In this document: positions 10,385-18,048 of the stretch, in pieces
How the letters are laid out: the number at the start of each line of letters is the position of its first letter
How positions within the stretch are numbered: the stretch's first letter is position 1
NCBI GenBank assembly: GCA_965116435.1
Contig: OZ220686.1
Span: 2,159,184-2,223,183 of the forward strand
Length of the DNA: 64,000 nt
Origin: Rhodothermales bacterium
GTDB lineage: Bacteria > Bacteroidota > Rhodothermia > Rhodothermales > VXPQ01
Reading direction: 5' to 3'
Position numbers and translations under genes: made by a program
The notes under the pieces: generated by a model
What the model was told of the DNA's origin: nothing
The model's database searches: none
Seen by the model: the letters and a program-made list of their open reading frames with translations, nothing else

Positions 10385-10532
10385 GGGTTTTTGGGGTGGG
10401 GCTGGCGGGCTTGACAGTGTCCGGGTCGGGCATTATGTTGGGGGTATTGCGCTTCGCTTTGTCCTGATTGCCGCCCGGTTTCGGTCGAACTTTGTTTCGG
10501 AGTGCTTGCTTTTGCTATGAAAAGGCTACGCC

Positions 10533-11354
10533 ATGACCTCTTTCATTCGTTTCTCGCTCTCGCCGATCTTCTGGATCGTTCTTTCTATCCTTGCGCTTCC
10601 TTCTATGGCACAGGACTACAAGGTTGGTTCGCCTGCGGCCGCCGCGCTCGCCGCGGAGTTTCACAGTGGCGATCCTTTTCGTATTGGACAAGCCATAAAT
10701 CGCCTTCCATATTATGAAGACGTGTACGAAAATTCGTCGCTTATGGCTGATGTTGATCCGCTTGTTGCAGATGGAATTATCAGTGCTCTTGACAGTCAAA
10801 TTGATTATCTTCTTTCGCTTGGAGAAAGCGAGGGAGGAGAATTTGTTTTCGAAGGGAATGTGTCTCCTTTGATGACATATGCTGCGCAACTTCCAGGTGA
10901 TGAGGCTATTCCCGTACTTCTTCGCGCTTCGCAATTCGGTGGTGCTCCAGTGCTTTCTCTTGCTTCTTTTGGTGAAGATATTATACCAATTGTTATTGAT
11001 TATATTCATTCTTCAGAACGTACTTGGGATGAAACATGGGGTGGCTTTTCAGTCTTGAATACTGTTGTTAGAGAAGTATATCCAATTGATCCTGCGACAT
11101 ATGCTATATTAAAACAGATTGCTGCTGATTATATTCAAGGGAATGGATCAGAACATCTTAAAGATCACCCTTCTCATGAATTATTGCCTCTTCTTGGCTC
11201 TTTTCTTGCTTCTGGGCTCGGAGATGCCGATCTCAAACCTATGGTTGAATCCTTATCTTCTGAGTTTCCTGCGTTTGTTGAACTTTATCTCGAGCAGTGG
11301 TACGATCCTTCTGTCGAATCCGTTGACAAAGAACAGCTTGACGAGGATAGATAA
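10533..11354 (+). CDS. Secreted hypothetical protein, tandem paralog A
   Basis: Signal peptide (ILALPSMA-QD). Acidic, with possible HEAT-like helical repeats (AIPVLLRA, IIPIVIDYI). Visibly lower GC than the flanks. Confidence 0.65.
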   Translation: MTSFIRFSLSPIFWIVLSILALPSMAQDYKVGSPAAAALAAEFHSGDPFRIGQAINRLPYYEDVYENSSLMADVDPLVADGIISALDSQIDYLLSLGESEGGEFVFEGNVSPLMTYAAQLPGDEAIPVLLRASQFGGAPVLSLASFGEDIIPIVIDYIHSSERTWDETWGGFSVLNTVVREVYPIDPATYAILKQIAADYIQGNGSEHLKDHPSHELLPLLGSFLASGLGDADLKPMVESLSSEFPAFVELYLEQWYDPSVESVDKEQLDEDR

Positions 11355-11384
11355 TACTTGTCTCCTATCATTTGAGGCTACGCC

Positions 11385-12200
11385 ATGACCGCTTCCATTC
11401 GTTTCTCGCTCTCTTTGATCGTTCTTTCTATCCTTGCGCTGCCTTCTATGGCGCAGGACTACAAGGTTGGTTCACCTGCGGCCGCCGCACTCGCTGCGGA
11501 GTTTCACAGTGGCGATCCTTTTCGTATAGGACAAGCCATAGATCGCCTTCCATATTATGAAGATGTGTATGAAAACTCGTCGCTTATGGCTGATGTTCAT
11601 CCGCTTGTCGCAGATGGAATTATCAATGCTCTTGATAGTCAAATTGATTATCTTTTTTCGCTTGCAGAAAGCGAGGAAGGAGAATTTGTTTTCGAAGGGC
11701 TAGTGTCTCCTTTGATGACATATGCCGCGCAACTTCCAGGTGATGAGTCTATCCCCGTACTTCTTCGCGCTTCGCAATTTGGTGGTGCTCCGTCACTTTC
11801 TCTTTCCTATCGCGGTGAATATATTATACCTATTGTTGTTAATTATATTCGTTCTTCCGAACGCACGTATGATGAATTACGAGGTGGATTTTTAGTTTTG
11901 CATTCTGTTGTTAAGAGATCACGTCCTATTGATTCTTCATTGTACGCTATACTAAAAGAAATTTCGGCTGAGTATATTCAAGGATACATCCCGGAACATC
12001 TTCAAGATCACCCTTCTCGTGAACGCTTGCGTTATAGGGGTTCCTTTCTTGCTTCTGCGCTTGGAGATGCGGAGCTTAAGAAGATGGTAATAGATAATAC
12101 TTTTGGGTATGGAGATGGTTTTGTTAACATTGTTCTTGAGCAATGGTACGACCCTTCTGCTGAAGCGGTTGAACAAGAACAACTTGACGAGGATAGATAA
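11385..12200 (+). CDS. Secreted hypothetical protein, tandem paralog B
   Basis: N-terminal ~150 aa are nearly identical to paralog A, and the C-terminal half diverges. Same signal peptide and same C-terminal EQLDEDR. Confidence 0.65.
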   Translation: MTASIRFSLSLIVLSILALPSMAQDYKVGSPAAAALAAEFHSGDPFRIGQAIDRLPYYEDVYENSSLMADVHPLVADGIINALDSQIDYLFSLAESEEGEFVFEGLVSPLMTYAAQLPGDESIPVLLRASQFGGAPSLSLSYRGEYIIPIVVNYIRSSERTYDELRGGFLVLHSVVKRSRPIDSSLYAILKEISAEYIQGYIPEHLQDHPSRERLRYRGSFLASALGDAELKKMVIDNTFGYGDGFVNIVLEQWYDPSAEAVEQEQLDEDR

Positions 12201-12263
12201 GGCTTGTCTCCTATCATTTAAGGCTACGCCATGATCGCTTCCCATGATTATTATAAAACATGC

Positions 12264-12292
12264 TTGACGTTCTCGTTTTTTGGTCGTATACT
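12264..12292 (+). promoter_or_regulatory. Sigma70-type promoter candidate TTGACG-N17-TATACT upstream of tag
   Basis: TTGACG at 12264-12269, a 17-nt spacer, TATACT at 12287-12292. It lies 113 nt upstream of the tag ATG. Confidence 0.4.
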
Positions 12293-12404
12293 GGAAGGAA
12301 ACAGAACAGAAACGAAACCCAGAGCGATGAAAGCCCCCGGAAACCCAAGAAACCAAAGGTCGTCAAGCATTCTTTATGATAACCAACCCAAGGAGCAATA
12401 CACG

Positions 12405-12986
12405 ATGCGAAGATGTCCATGGTGCGAGAAAACAGATATTGAGAGGGAGTATCACGACAGTGAGTGGGGAGTGCCAGTTTTCTCCGATTCAAAACAGTTT
12501 GAGTTTCTGATTCTCGAATCCGCCCAGGCAGGCCTGAGCTGGCTTACAGTCCTTCGCAAAAGGGAGAACTACAGGCGTCTTTACGATGGATTTGATCCTG
12601 AAAAAGTGTCCCGCTACGGAGAGCGGAAGATACGAGAGCTCATGTCGGACAGTGGAATAATACGCAACCGCAGGAAGATAGAGGCGTCGATAAACAATGC
12701 CGTGCGTTTTCTCGAGATACAGGCGGAATTCGGAAGCTTCTCAGATTACCTGTGGGGATTTACAGACGGAGTCCCGGTTACAAACAGCTGGGAGGAAATG
12801 TCGGAAATGCCCGCCTCGACAGAACTTTCAGTGACGGTGAGCAGCGAACTTAAAAAAAGAGGATTCCGTTTTATGGGGCCAACTATTGTCTATGCACATC
12901 TTCAGGCAACAGGGATGGTGAACGATCACCTGGTTTCTTGTTTTCGCTACGAAGAGATTCTGGGTTTAGGCAAGGGAATCAAATAG
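12405..12986 (+). CDS. tag: DNA-3-methyladenine glycosylase I
   Basis: Internal ATG at 12405 is preceded by AGGAGC. MRRCPWC ... EYHDSEWGVP ... LILESAQAGLSW is typical of Tag. Lower GC than the core genome. Confidence 0.85.
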   Translation: MRRCPWCEKTDIEREYHDSEWGVPVFSDSKQFEFLILESAQAGLSWLTVLRKRENYRRLYDGFDPEKVSRYGERKIRELMSDSGIIRNRRKIEASINNAVRFLEIQAEFGSFSDYLWGFTDGVPVTNSWEEMSEMPASTELSVTVSSELKKRGFRFMGPTIVYAHLQATGMVNDHLVSCFRYEEILGLGKGIK

Positions 12987-13095
12987 CCGCATCAGGTAAT
13001 CAGAGGTGGTTCGGGGGAGAGGCTGTAATACCGGCCTATGAACGAGTTTCGGAATGCAGGTTACCACTTGCAGAAGGCCTTGGGATCAGATGGCT

Positions 13096-13242
13096 ATATT
13101 GAGCACACTGGCGGGCATCCAGGCGGCCAAGCGCACGGCGGAACTCATTCCCCTGTGTCATTGGGTGCCTCTGGCGGGCGTGGACATGACGTTCGATGCT
13201 CGGGAGGAGGATTTTTCCATAGAGGTGCGGGCCCGCGTCCGC
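13096..13242 (+). pseudogene. Internal fragment of a second moaC copy (aligns to residues ~59-108 of the intact MoaC)
   Basis: Translation [49 protein letters not shown] matches intact moaC at 16358-16507. It includes an identical 42-nt run (cgggaggaggatttttccatagaggtgcgggcccgcgtccgc). The N- and C-terminal moaC parts are absent. Confidence 0.8.
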
Positions 13243-13356
13243 GACCTGCTTGATGTCCCGCGGCAAATCACCACGTAAATTTCACCTGATCGGAACAATC
13301 TATATTCATATGGGATCACAGGGGAGGGTTATATCCCGCCACAGGAGGGTTTCTAC

Positions 13357-13635
13357 ATGATGCAAGCAATCAAGAAAGCAATGTCTACTATCCGGGGAGT
13401 CTCGCAAAAGAACGGAGAGCCGTCTGCGGAAGTTGTGCAGGAGAGGCCAGGCGATGTACGGAAGGGGAATGTCACGTCCTCCATGTCCCCATCTGAGAAT
13501 CGGCTTGCCCTGGATGGCGCCGTTTCGTCTCACAGAGAAGCCCCCCCCCCACAGATCGGCAGCTACGGTATATTGAGGTTCTTGGCGGCGATCCGTCCGA
13601 CGCAGGCAGCAACCGGGAGGCCAGCGACCGCATAA
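13357..13635 (+). CDS. Hypothetical ORF, probably the 5' part of the downstream gene (frame broken at a C10 tract)
   Basis: 92-codon ORF containing C10 at 13541-13550. The frame of the next ORF is open from 13497 onward. Confidence 0.35.
   Translation: MMQAIKKAMSTIRGVSQKNGEPSAEVVQERPGDVRKGNVTSSMSPSENRLALDGAVSSHREAPPPQIGSYGILRFLAAIRPTQAATGRPATA
13541..13550. repeat. C10 homopolymer at the frame switch between ORF 13357 and ORF 13641
   Basis: Read directly: gaag-cccccccccc-acag. A +1 or -2 change would give one 586-codon frame spanning 13357-15113. Confidence 0.9.
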
Positions 13636-13640
13636 ATCAA

Positions 13641-15113
13641 TTGCTGTTGCTACGAAGGGTCCATTGGCCGCTTGATCCCGAAATTCTCGCAGAGCGGGGG
13701 GCCAAAGCGGGCGCCGTGGCGAGCGGAGGATGGCAGTCGGCGCACCAACGCCTCTTGGCTGGTTTGCGGCTGGACCTCCAGGAGTATGTCAACCTGAGTT
13801 TGGGCAATCTCCAGGCCAAACTGAGCGATCCACTCGGACGGGGAGGTTCAAGCCAGTCCCAAGGGCCCGATGAGTTGGTCCGCATGGCCGAGGGGGAGTT
13901 GCAACGATTGGAGTTGTACCAAAAATGGGGACAACCGTTGGATGCACTGCCGTCGCCGGGCGGTGGGCACGCCTTTTCAGAGCAAAATCAGCAACATGAG
14001 ACCGAAACCATCTCGGCAGCGGCGCATCTCCAACACGAAGAATCGAAGGCTGACTGGATGCCGTGGCTCTGGCTGATCGCGGTTTTTGCCGTGTGCGTTA
14101 CTGTTGAAGCCGGGCTCAACATCGGGTTGCTTATGGGTGGTTTGGAAGGCGGAGGGCTGGAGGCCTTCCTGCTGGCCGTCCTCACCTCCATGATCAATGT
14201 GGGCGGATTAGGAATCGCCGCAGGGTACTTCTTGTACACGTTGCGCCGCCGCGTCGTTGCTGCGACGCCCTGGTTATATCAGACAGCTTGGGGAATCTGG
14301 GGGGCGTTTGCTTTGGGCTTCAACCTGTTGGCGGGGCGCCATAGACAATCATATGCACGCGTTACACAGGCGAAGGAAGCAGATCCGAACTCGAATTTGA
14401 CTGCGGGCGAGGTTTTGCCTGAAATATCGTTTAATCCATTTACATGGGAATTACCGGCTTTGCTATTCGCCCTGCTGGGAATAATTCTCTGTGCAGTGGC
14501 ATGTGCAAAAGGGCTTGCCTTTGCACGGGACAGGGCGGGCGATTCGGGAACCGATGCCTTGCCGAGACAAGACGACTCGCATCACGAGAAGAACGTGTTC
14601 TCGCCAGTGGACATCGGTGGCGAGGCCGAAGCATTGGCTCCCCGTGATGTCCAACTTTTCGGTGCATTTGCCTCGTTGCCTCAGCGTTATCGGGACAAAT
14701 TGACGAAAGAATTGCGGGAACGGGTCGCCGACTGGTACCGGGCGCTCGACGAGGAGCGTCGCAATGTGAAGACCTTGCTGGATGCGCTGAACGAGCAAGA
14801 GAACGCGCAGGCATGCATCGATATCGTCGAGCAGGCATTCATCGCGGGGCACAACGGCGCCTCCCCCCAAAAGATTGATATTCAGAAGGTGGTAGCGCAT
14901 CGACAGGACAAGTACCCCAATCTGTTGCCATCGGTAACGGATTCGGGGGTTCTGGATGAGGCGGTTGATCTGGTGGACGAATGGGGGCAATCCGGGCAAT
15001 CCGAGTTCGACAAACGCATTGCGGAGGCGCAAGACAAGATTACTCAGATGTGGAAAGATTATCAGCCTCTCGTCCTTGGCCCGTTGCCAAGCGAGACGCC
15101 ACAGAGTCGATGA
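13641..15113 (+). CDS. Hypothetical polytopic membrane protein (about 4 TM) with a helical acidic C-terminal domain
   Basis: TTG start in the ORF track. Hydrophobic segments WLWLIAVFAVCVTVEAGL, FLLAVLTSMINVGGLGIAAGYFLY, AWGIWGAFALGFNLLAG and LPALLFALLGIILCAVACA. No family recognised. Confidence 0.6.
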   Translation: MLLLRRVHWPLDPEILAERGAKAGAVASGGWQSAHQRLLAGLRLDLQEYVNLSLGNLQAKLSDPLGRGGSSQSQGPDELVRMAEGELQRLELYQKWGQPLDALPSPGGGHAFSEQNQQHETETISAAAHLQHEESKADWMPWLWLIAVFAVCVTVEAGLNIGLLMGGLEGGGLEAFLLAVLTSMINVGGLGIAAGYFLYTLRRRVVAATPWLYQTAWGIWGAFALGFNLLAGRHRQSYARVTQAKEADPNSNLTAGEVLPEISFNPFTWELPALLFALLGIILCAVACAKGLAFARDRAGDSGTDALPRQDDSHHEKNVFSPVDIGGEAEALAPRDVQLFGAFASLPQRYRDKLTKELRERVADWYRALDEERRNVKTLLDALNEQENAQACIDIVEQAFIAGHNGASPQKIDIQKVVAHRQDKYPNLLPSVTDSGVLDEAVDLVDEWGQSGQSEFDKRIAEAQDKITQMWKDYQPLVLGPLPSETPQSR

Positions 15114-15889
15114 AGATGCCTGGACCAAAGCCTCGAAAAATAGTGCTTGCGGTGCTTTTGATCGTGATCCCCATGGCCATTCTTGTCTGGGTTGGGTACC
15201 AAGTGTGGTACACCGATCAATTGAAAGCGATCGACGCCGATTACTGCCCAGAGGGAAACGCCCAGCAAAAAGAAAAAGGATTTGTGTCGCCTGGGCATAC
15301 CGCAATCCTGATTGACACATCCAACAAGATTCCGCAGGAGGACGCGGAGCGCGCTTTTCAGCGGATATCTGCCTGGACGCGAGATAGAAACTCGGTTCCT
15401 CTTCTTCAGAAACTGTCCATCTACGGGCTACCGGAATCCGTGAATGCGCGCGTTGTCTCAAGCAGCTCCCATTGCATCCCGAAGGGGGGCGAAGAAGCCG
15501 AGCAACTCTACGAGAATCCGGTGTATGTCGAAGCCCGGTTTCTGCGGTTTCTGGGCGAGTTGCAGAAGATATTTCAGGGGCTTGTGGCCCGCGAGGAAGC
15601 GCCCCATTCGCCGATTCTGGAAACGATGGACGATCTGGTTCAGCGCCACGAAGATATTGATTCCATTGTACTGGTTTCCGACATGTTGCAGCACACGCAC
15701 TTGTGGAGTCATTACGACGGAGAAGGCGATATGTCGGGCATTTCGCCTACGTGTGATCGGGTCGGGAATGCAGGTCAGCTGAAGGCGGTTTATGTGTACT
15801 ACATCGACCGGGGGCACCCGGACCAGGAATGGCCGGACCCGCGGTGGGACCGGTGCTTGAGCGGCGTGGAGATTGTACGGATGAATTGA
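15110..15889 (+). CDS. Hypothetical membrane-anchored protein with a vWA/Rossmann-like beta-alpha domain
   Basis: ATG at 15110 overlaps the upstream TGA (ATGA). N-terminal TM helix IVLAVLLIVIPMAILVWVGY. Beta-alpha pattern TAILIDTSNK, SPILETMDDL, IVLVSDMLQH, VYVYYIDRG. Confidence 0.6.
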   Translation: MKMPGPKPRKIVLAVLLIVIPMAILVWVGYQVWYTDQLKAIDADYCPEGNAQQKEKGFVSPGHTAILIDTSNKIPQEDAERAFQRISAWTRDRNSVPLLQKLSIYGLPESVNARVVSSSSHCIPKGGEEAEQLYENPVYVEARFLRFLGELQKIFQGLVAREEAPHSPILETMDDLVQRHEDIDSIVLVSDMLQHTHLWSHYDGEGDMSGISPTCDRVGNAGQLKAVYVYYIDRGHPDQEWPDPRWDRCLSGVEIVRMN

Positions 15890-15994
15890 GGGCCGTGGAG
15901 GCCATGCCGCTGCCCGTTCGGGAAGGGGCTTGTTGGCGCAACCGGAGCGCGGGTCACATAAGTGAGCGGGTACGATTTCTCCGGCGTTTTTGTG

Positions 15995-16123
15995 GTAGCG
16001 CTCGGAGTCGCTCGAAAATGGGCATTGCCATAGAAACGGTGAACGCTGCGAGGGCGAAGCGCATGAGAAAGTAGTGCCCGGAGTCGCTCGAAAACGGGCA
16101 TTGCCATGGCAACAGGTTGCCAT
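15995..16123. promoter_or_regulatory. Two 37-bp direct repeats (3 mismatches, 76-bp period) plus a TGGCAAC-AG-GTTGCCA palindrome upstream of moaC
   Basis: gtagCgcTcggagtcgctcgaaaaTgggcattgccat at 15995-16031 and again at 16071-16107. TTGCCAT occurs three times. The palindrome is at 16107-16122, about 60 nt before the moaC ATG. Confidence 0.45.
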
Positions 16124-16183
16124 CGCTTGACAATGGCGTAGCGTGGCGTATCTTGTTCCAAGGTCCGCCATTTCGAGAGAACC

Positions 16184-16708
16184 ATGCCCAACCATAAACC
16201 TTCCCTGACGCATCTGACGCCTGCGGGCGGGGTGCGTATGGTGGATGTGGGCGGCAAACCCGATTCGGTCCGCAAGGCGACGGCGGCGGGGCAGGTCCAT
16301 TTGGGCGAGGAAGCGTTTCGCGCCGTGGTTTCGGGGAGCGCCGACAAGGGCAACGTGCTGTGTACGGCGCAGTTGGCGGGCATCCAGGCGGCCAAGCGCA
16401 CGTCCGAACTTATTCCCCTGTGCCACAATGTGCCGCTGGCGGGCGTGGACGTGACGTTCGACGTCCGGGAGGAGGATTTTTCCATAGAGGTGCGGGCCCG
16501 CGTCCGCACCGTGGGCCAGACAGGCGTCGAGATGGAAGCCCTGACCGCCGTGTCCGTGGCGTGTCTTGCCCTGTACGACATGTGCAAGGCGATTTCGAAA
16601 GATATTCTCATTTCGGATATCCGTCTCCTGGCCAAAGAGGGCGGCGCCAGCGGGCGGTACGAACGCGTTCCGGATTCGAATCCGCCGAACCCGCCGGACT
16701 CTCCGTAA
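16184..16708 (+). CDS. moaC: Cyclic pyranopterin monophosphate synthase accessory protein MoaC
   Basis: LTHLTPAGGVRMVDV, ELIPLCH and TGVEMEALTA motifs. 174 aa. Confidence 0.9.
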   Translation: MPNHKPSLTHLTPAGGVRMVDVGGKPDSVRKATAAGQVHLGEEAFRAVVSGSADKGNVLCTAQLAGIQAAKRTSELIPLCHNVPLAGVDVTFDVREEDFSIEVRARVRTVGQTGVEMEALTAVSVACLALYDMCKAISKDILISDIRLLAKEGGASGRYERVPDSNPPNPPDSP

Positions 16709-16920
16709 CCATCGGACCTGCCGTAACTGTCGGACCTGCCGTAACTGTCGGACCTGCCGTAACCATCGGACCTGCCGTAACCGTCGGACCTGCCGTAACC
16801 GTCGCAACCGGGACCCGTCATAACCGTCGGCCTCACCGTAACCATCGGATCTGCCGTATCTGCCGGACCTGCCATAACCATCGGATCTGCCGTACCCATC
16901 AGACCCGTCGTAACCATCCG
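16703..16920. repeat. Tandem array of about 12 units of an 18-bp repeat (CCGTAACCATCGGACCTG consensus) starting at the moaC stop codon
   Basis: Units read directly at 16703, 16721, 16739, 16757, 16775 and 16793, then an irregular 43-nt stretch, then further degenerate units. The minus strand reads (DGYGRS)n. Confidence 0.85.
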
Positions 16921-16989
16921 GCGGTTTTGTCGTATACTCTCGTACCCCTTTACTGGCTTTAATTTTTCTCACAAGATTCCTCCCTTCGC

Positions 16990-17979
16990 ATGGAAAGCCT
17001 TTTTACCACGCTCGGCCTGCTGGTTATCGCGCTGATCGTTCTTTTTTTCGTGTTTCTGCTGTACTTCGTGCCGGTGGGTCTGTGGGTAACGGCCTACTTC
17101 TCGGGGGTCCGCCTCAAACTGTTCCGCGACCTGGTCGGGATGCGGCTGCGGAAAGTGCCGCCCGTCCGGATCGTCAGGCCGCTCATTACCGCGCACAAGG
17201 CGGGCATCTATGTGGATACCCCGCAACTCGAAGCGCACTATCTGGCGCAGGGGAATGTGCAGAAAGTCGTGAATGCGCTGATTTCGGCGGACAAGGCGAG
17301 CATTGACCTTACCTTCGAGCGCGCCACGGCCATCGACCTCGCGGGACGGGACGTGTTCGAGGCCGTGCAGGTATCCGTGAACCCCAAAGTGATCGAAACG
17401 CCCGCCGTGTCCGCCGTGGCCAAGGACGGCATTCAGGTGCGGGCCATCGCTCGCGTCACGGTGCGGGCCAATATCGAGCGCCTGGTGGGCGGGGCCGGCG
17501 AAGAAACCATCATTGCCCGCGTTGGCGAAGGGATCGTGTCCACGATCGGTTCCTCCGAAACGCATGCGCTGGTTCTGGAGAATCCCGATTCGATCTCCAA
17601 GGTGGTGTTGTCCAAGGGGCTTGATTCCGGGACGGCGTTTGAGATTCTTTCCATTGATATCGCCGACGTGGACGTGGGCGAGAATATCGGGGCCAAGTTG
17701 CAGACCGATCAGGCGGAAGCCGATCTGCAAGTGGCTCGGGCGAAGGCCGAAGAGCGGCGCGCCTCGGCGGTGGCCCGGGAGCAGGAAATGATCGCCGCCG
17801 TGCAGGAACAGCGCGCCAAGGTGGTTTCCGCCGAGGCGGAGGTGCCCAAGGCGCTGGCGGATGCGTTGCGCAACGGCAACATCGGCGCCATGGATTTCTA
17901 TTCGCTGCGAAATGTCGAGGCGGACACGCGGATGCGGGACTCCATCGGGCGAGAAGACGTCGCCGACAAGAAGGAATAG
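16990..17979 (+). CDS. floA: Flotillin-like protein FloA (UPF0365/YqfA family, SPFH domain)
   Basis: N-terminal TM helix. Then [27 protein letters not shown] ... [10 protein letters not shown] ... a charged, Ala/Glu-rich C-terminal helix. Matches the YqfA/FloA pattern from memory. Confidence 0.75.
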   Translation: MESLFTTLGLLVIALIVLFFVFLLYFVPVGLWVTAYFSGVRLKLFRDLVGMRLRKVPPVRIVRPLITAHKAGIYVDTPQLEAHYLAQGNVQKVVNALISADKASIDLTFERATAIDLAGRDVFEAVQVSVNPKVIETPAVSAVAKDGIQVRAIARVTVRANIERLVGGAGEETIIARVGEGIVSTIGSSETHALVLENPDSISKVVLSKGLDSGTAFEILSIDIADVDVGENIGAKLQTDQAEADLQVARAKAEERRASAVAREQEMIAAVQEQRAKVVSAEAEVPKALADALRNGNIGAMDFYSLRNVEADTRMRDSIGREDVADKKE

Positions 17980-18048
17980 GAAAGAATCAGCAAGAAATTA
18001 AGGATTAAGAGTCCGGCGGTCTCGACCGGATCGACGCGATGATTACCT

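Larger units (their letters stand above)
10522..12243 (+). repeat. Tandem duplication: two ~850-bp units plus a ~24-bp remnant of a third unit
   Basis: The unit junction (A/G)AGGCTACGCCATGA occurs three times, with its ATG at 10533, 11385 and 12231 (spacing 852 and 846 bp). CTTGTCTCCTATCATTT precedes the second and third copies. Confidence 0.8.

Noticed and set aside
10450-16180. Integrative element or prophage call for the dtd-moaC island
   Set aside because: No integrase, recombinase, transposase, tRNA target or clean att-type terminal repeats were found. Only compositional shifts and the moaC relic support horizontal origin.
15890-16183. Moco riboswitch upstream of moaC
   Set aside because: I cannot recognise the conserved Moco RNA motif from memory in this spacer. 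Only direct repeats and a palindrome are evident, so a covariance-model scan is needed before any claim.
16671-16684. cggattcgaatccg, a perfect palindrome resembling a tRNA T-arm (GGTTCGAATCC-like)
   Set aside because: It lies inside the moaC coding frame (PDSNPP). No acceptor, D or anticodon arms can be built around it.
15458-16972. 504-aa minus-strand ORF, with 15799-16917 in another frame
   Set aside because: Beyond the first ~55 codons, which form the GY-repeat part discussed as a finding, it runs antisense through the whole of moaC and the orphan module. Its openness is explained by GC-rich antisense sequence.
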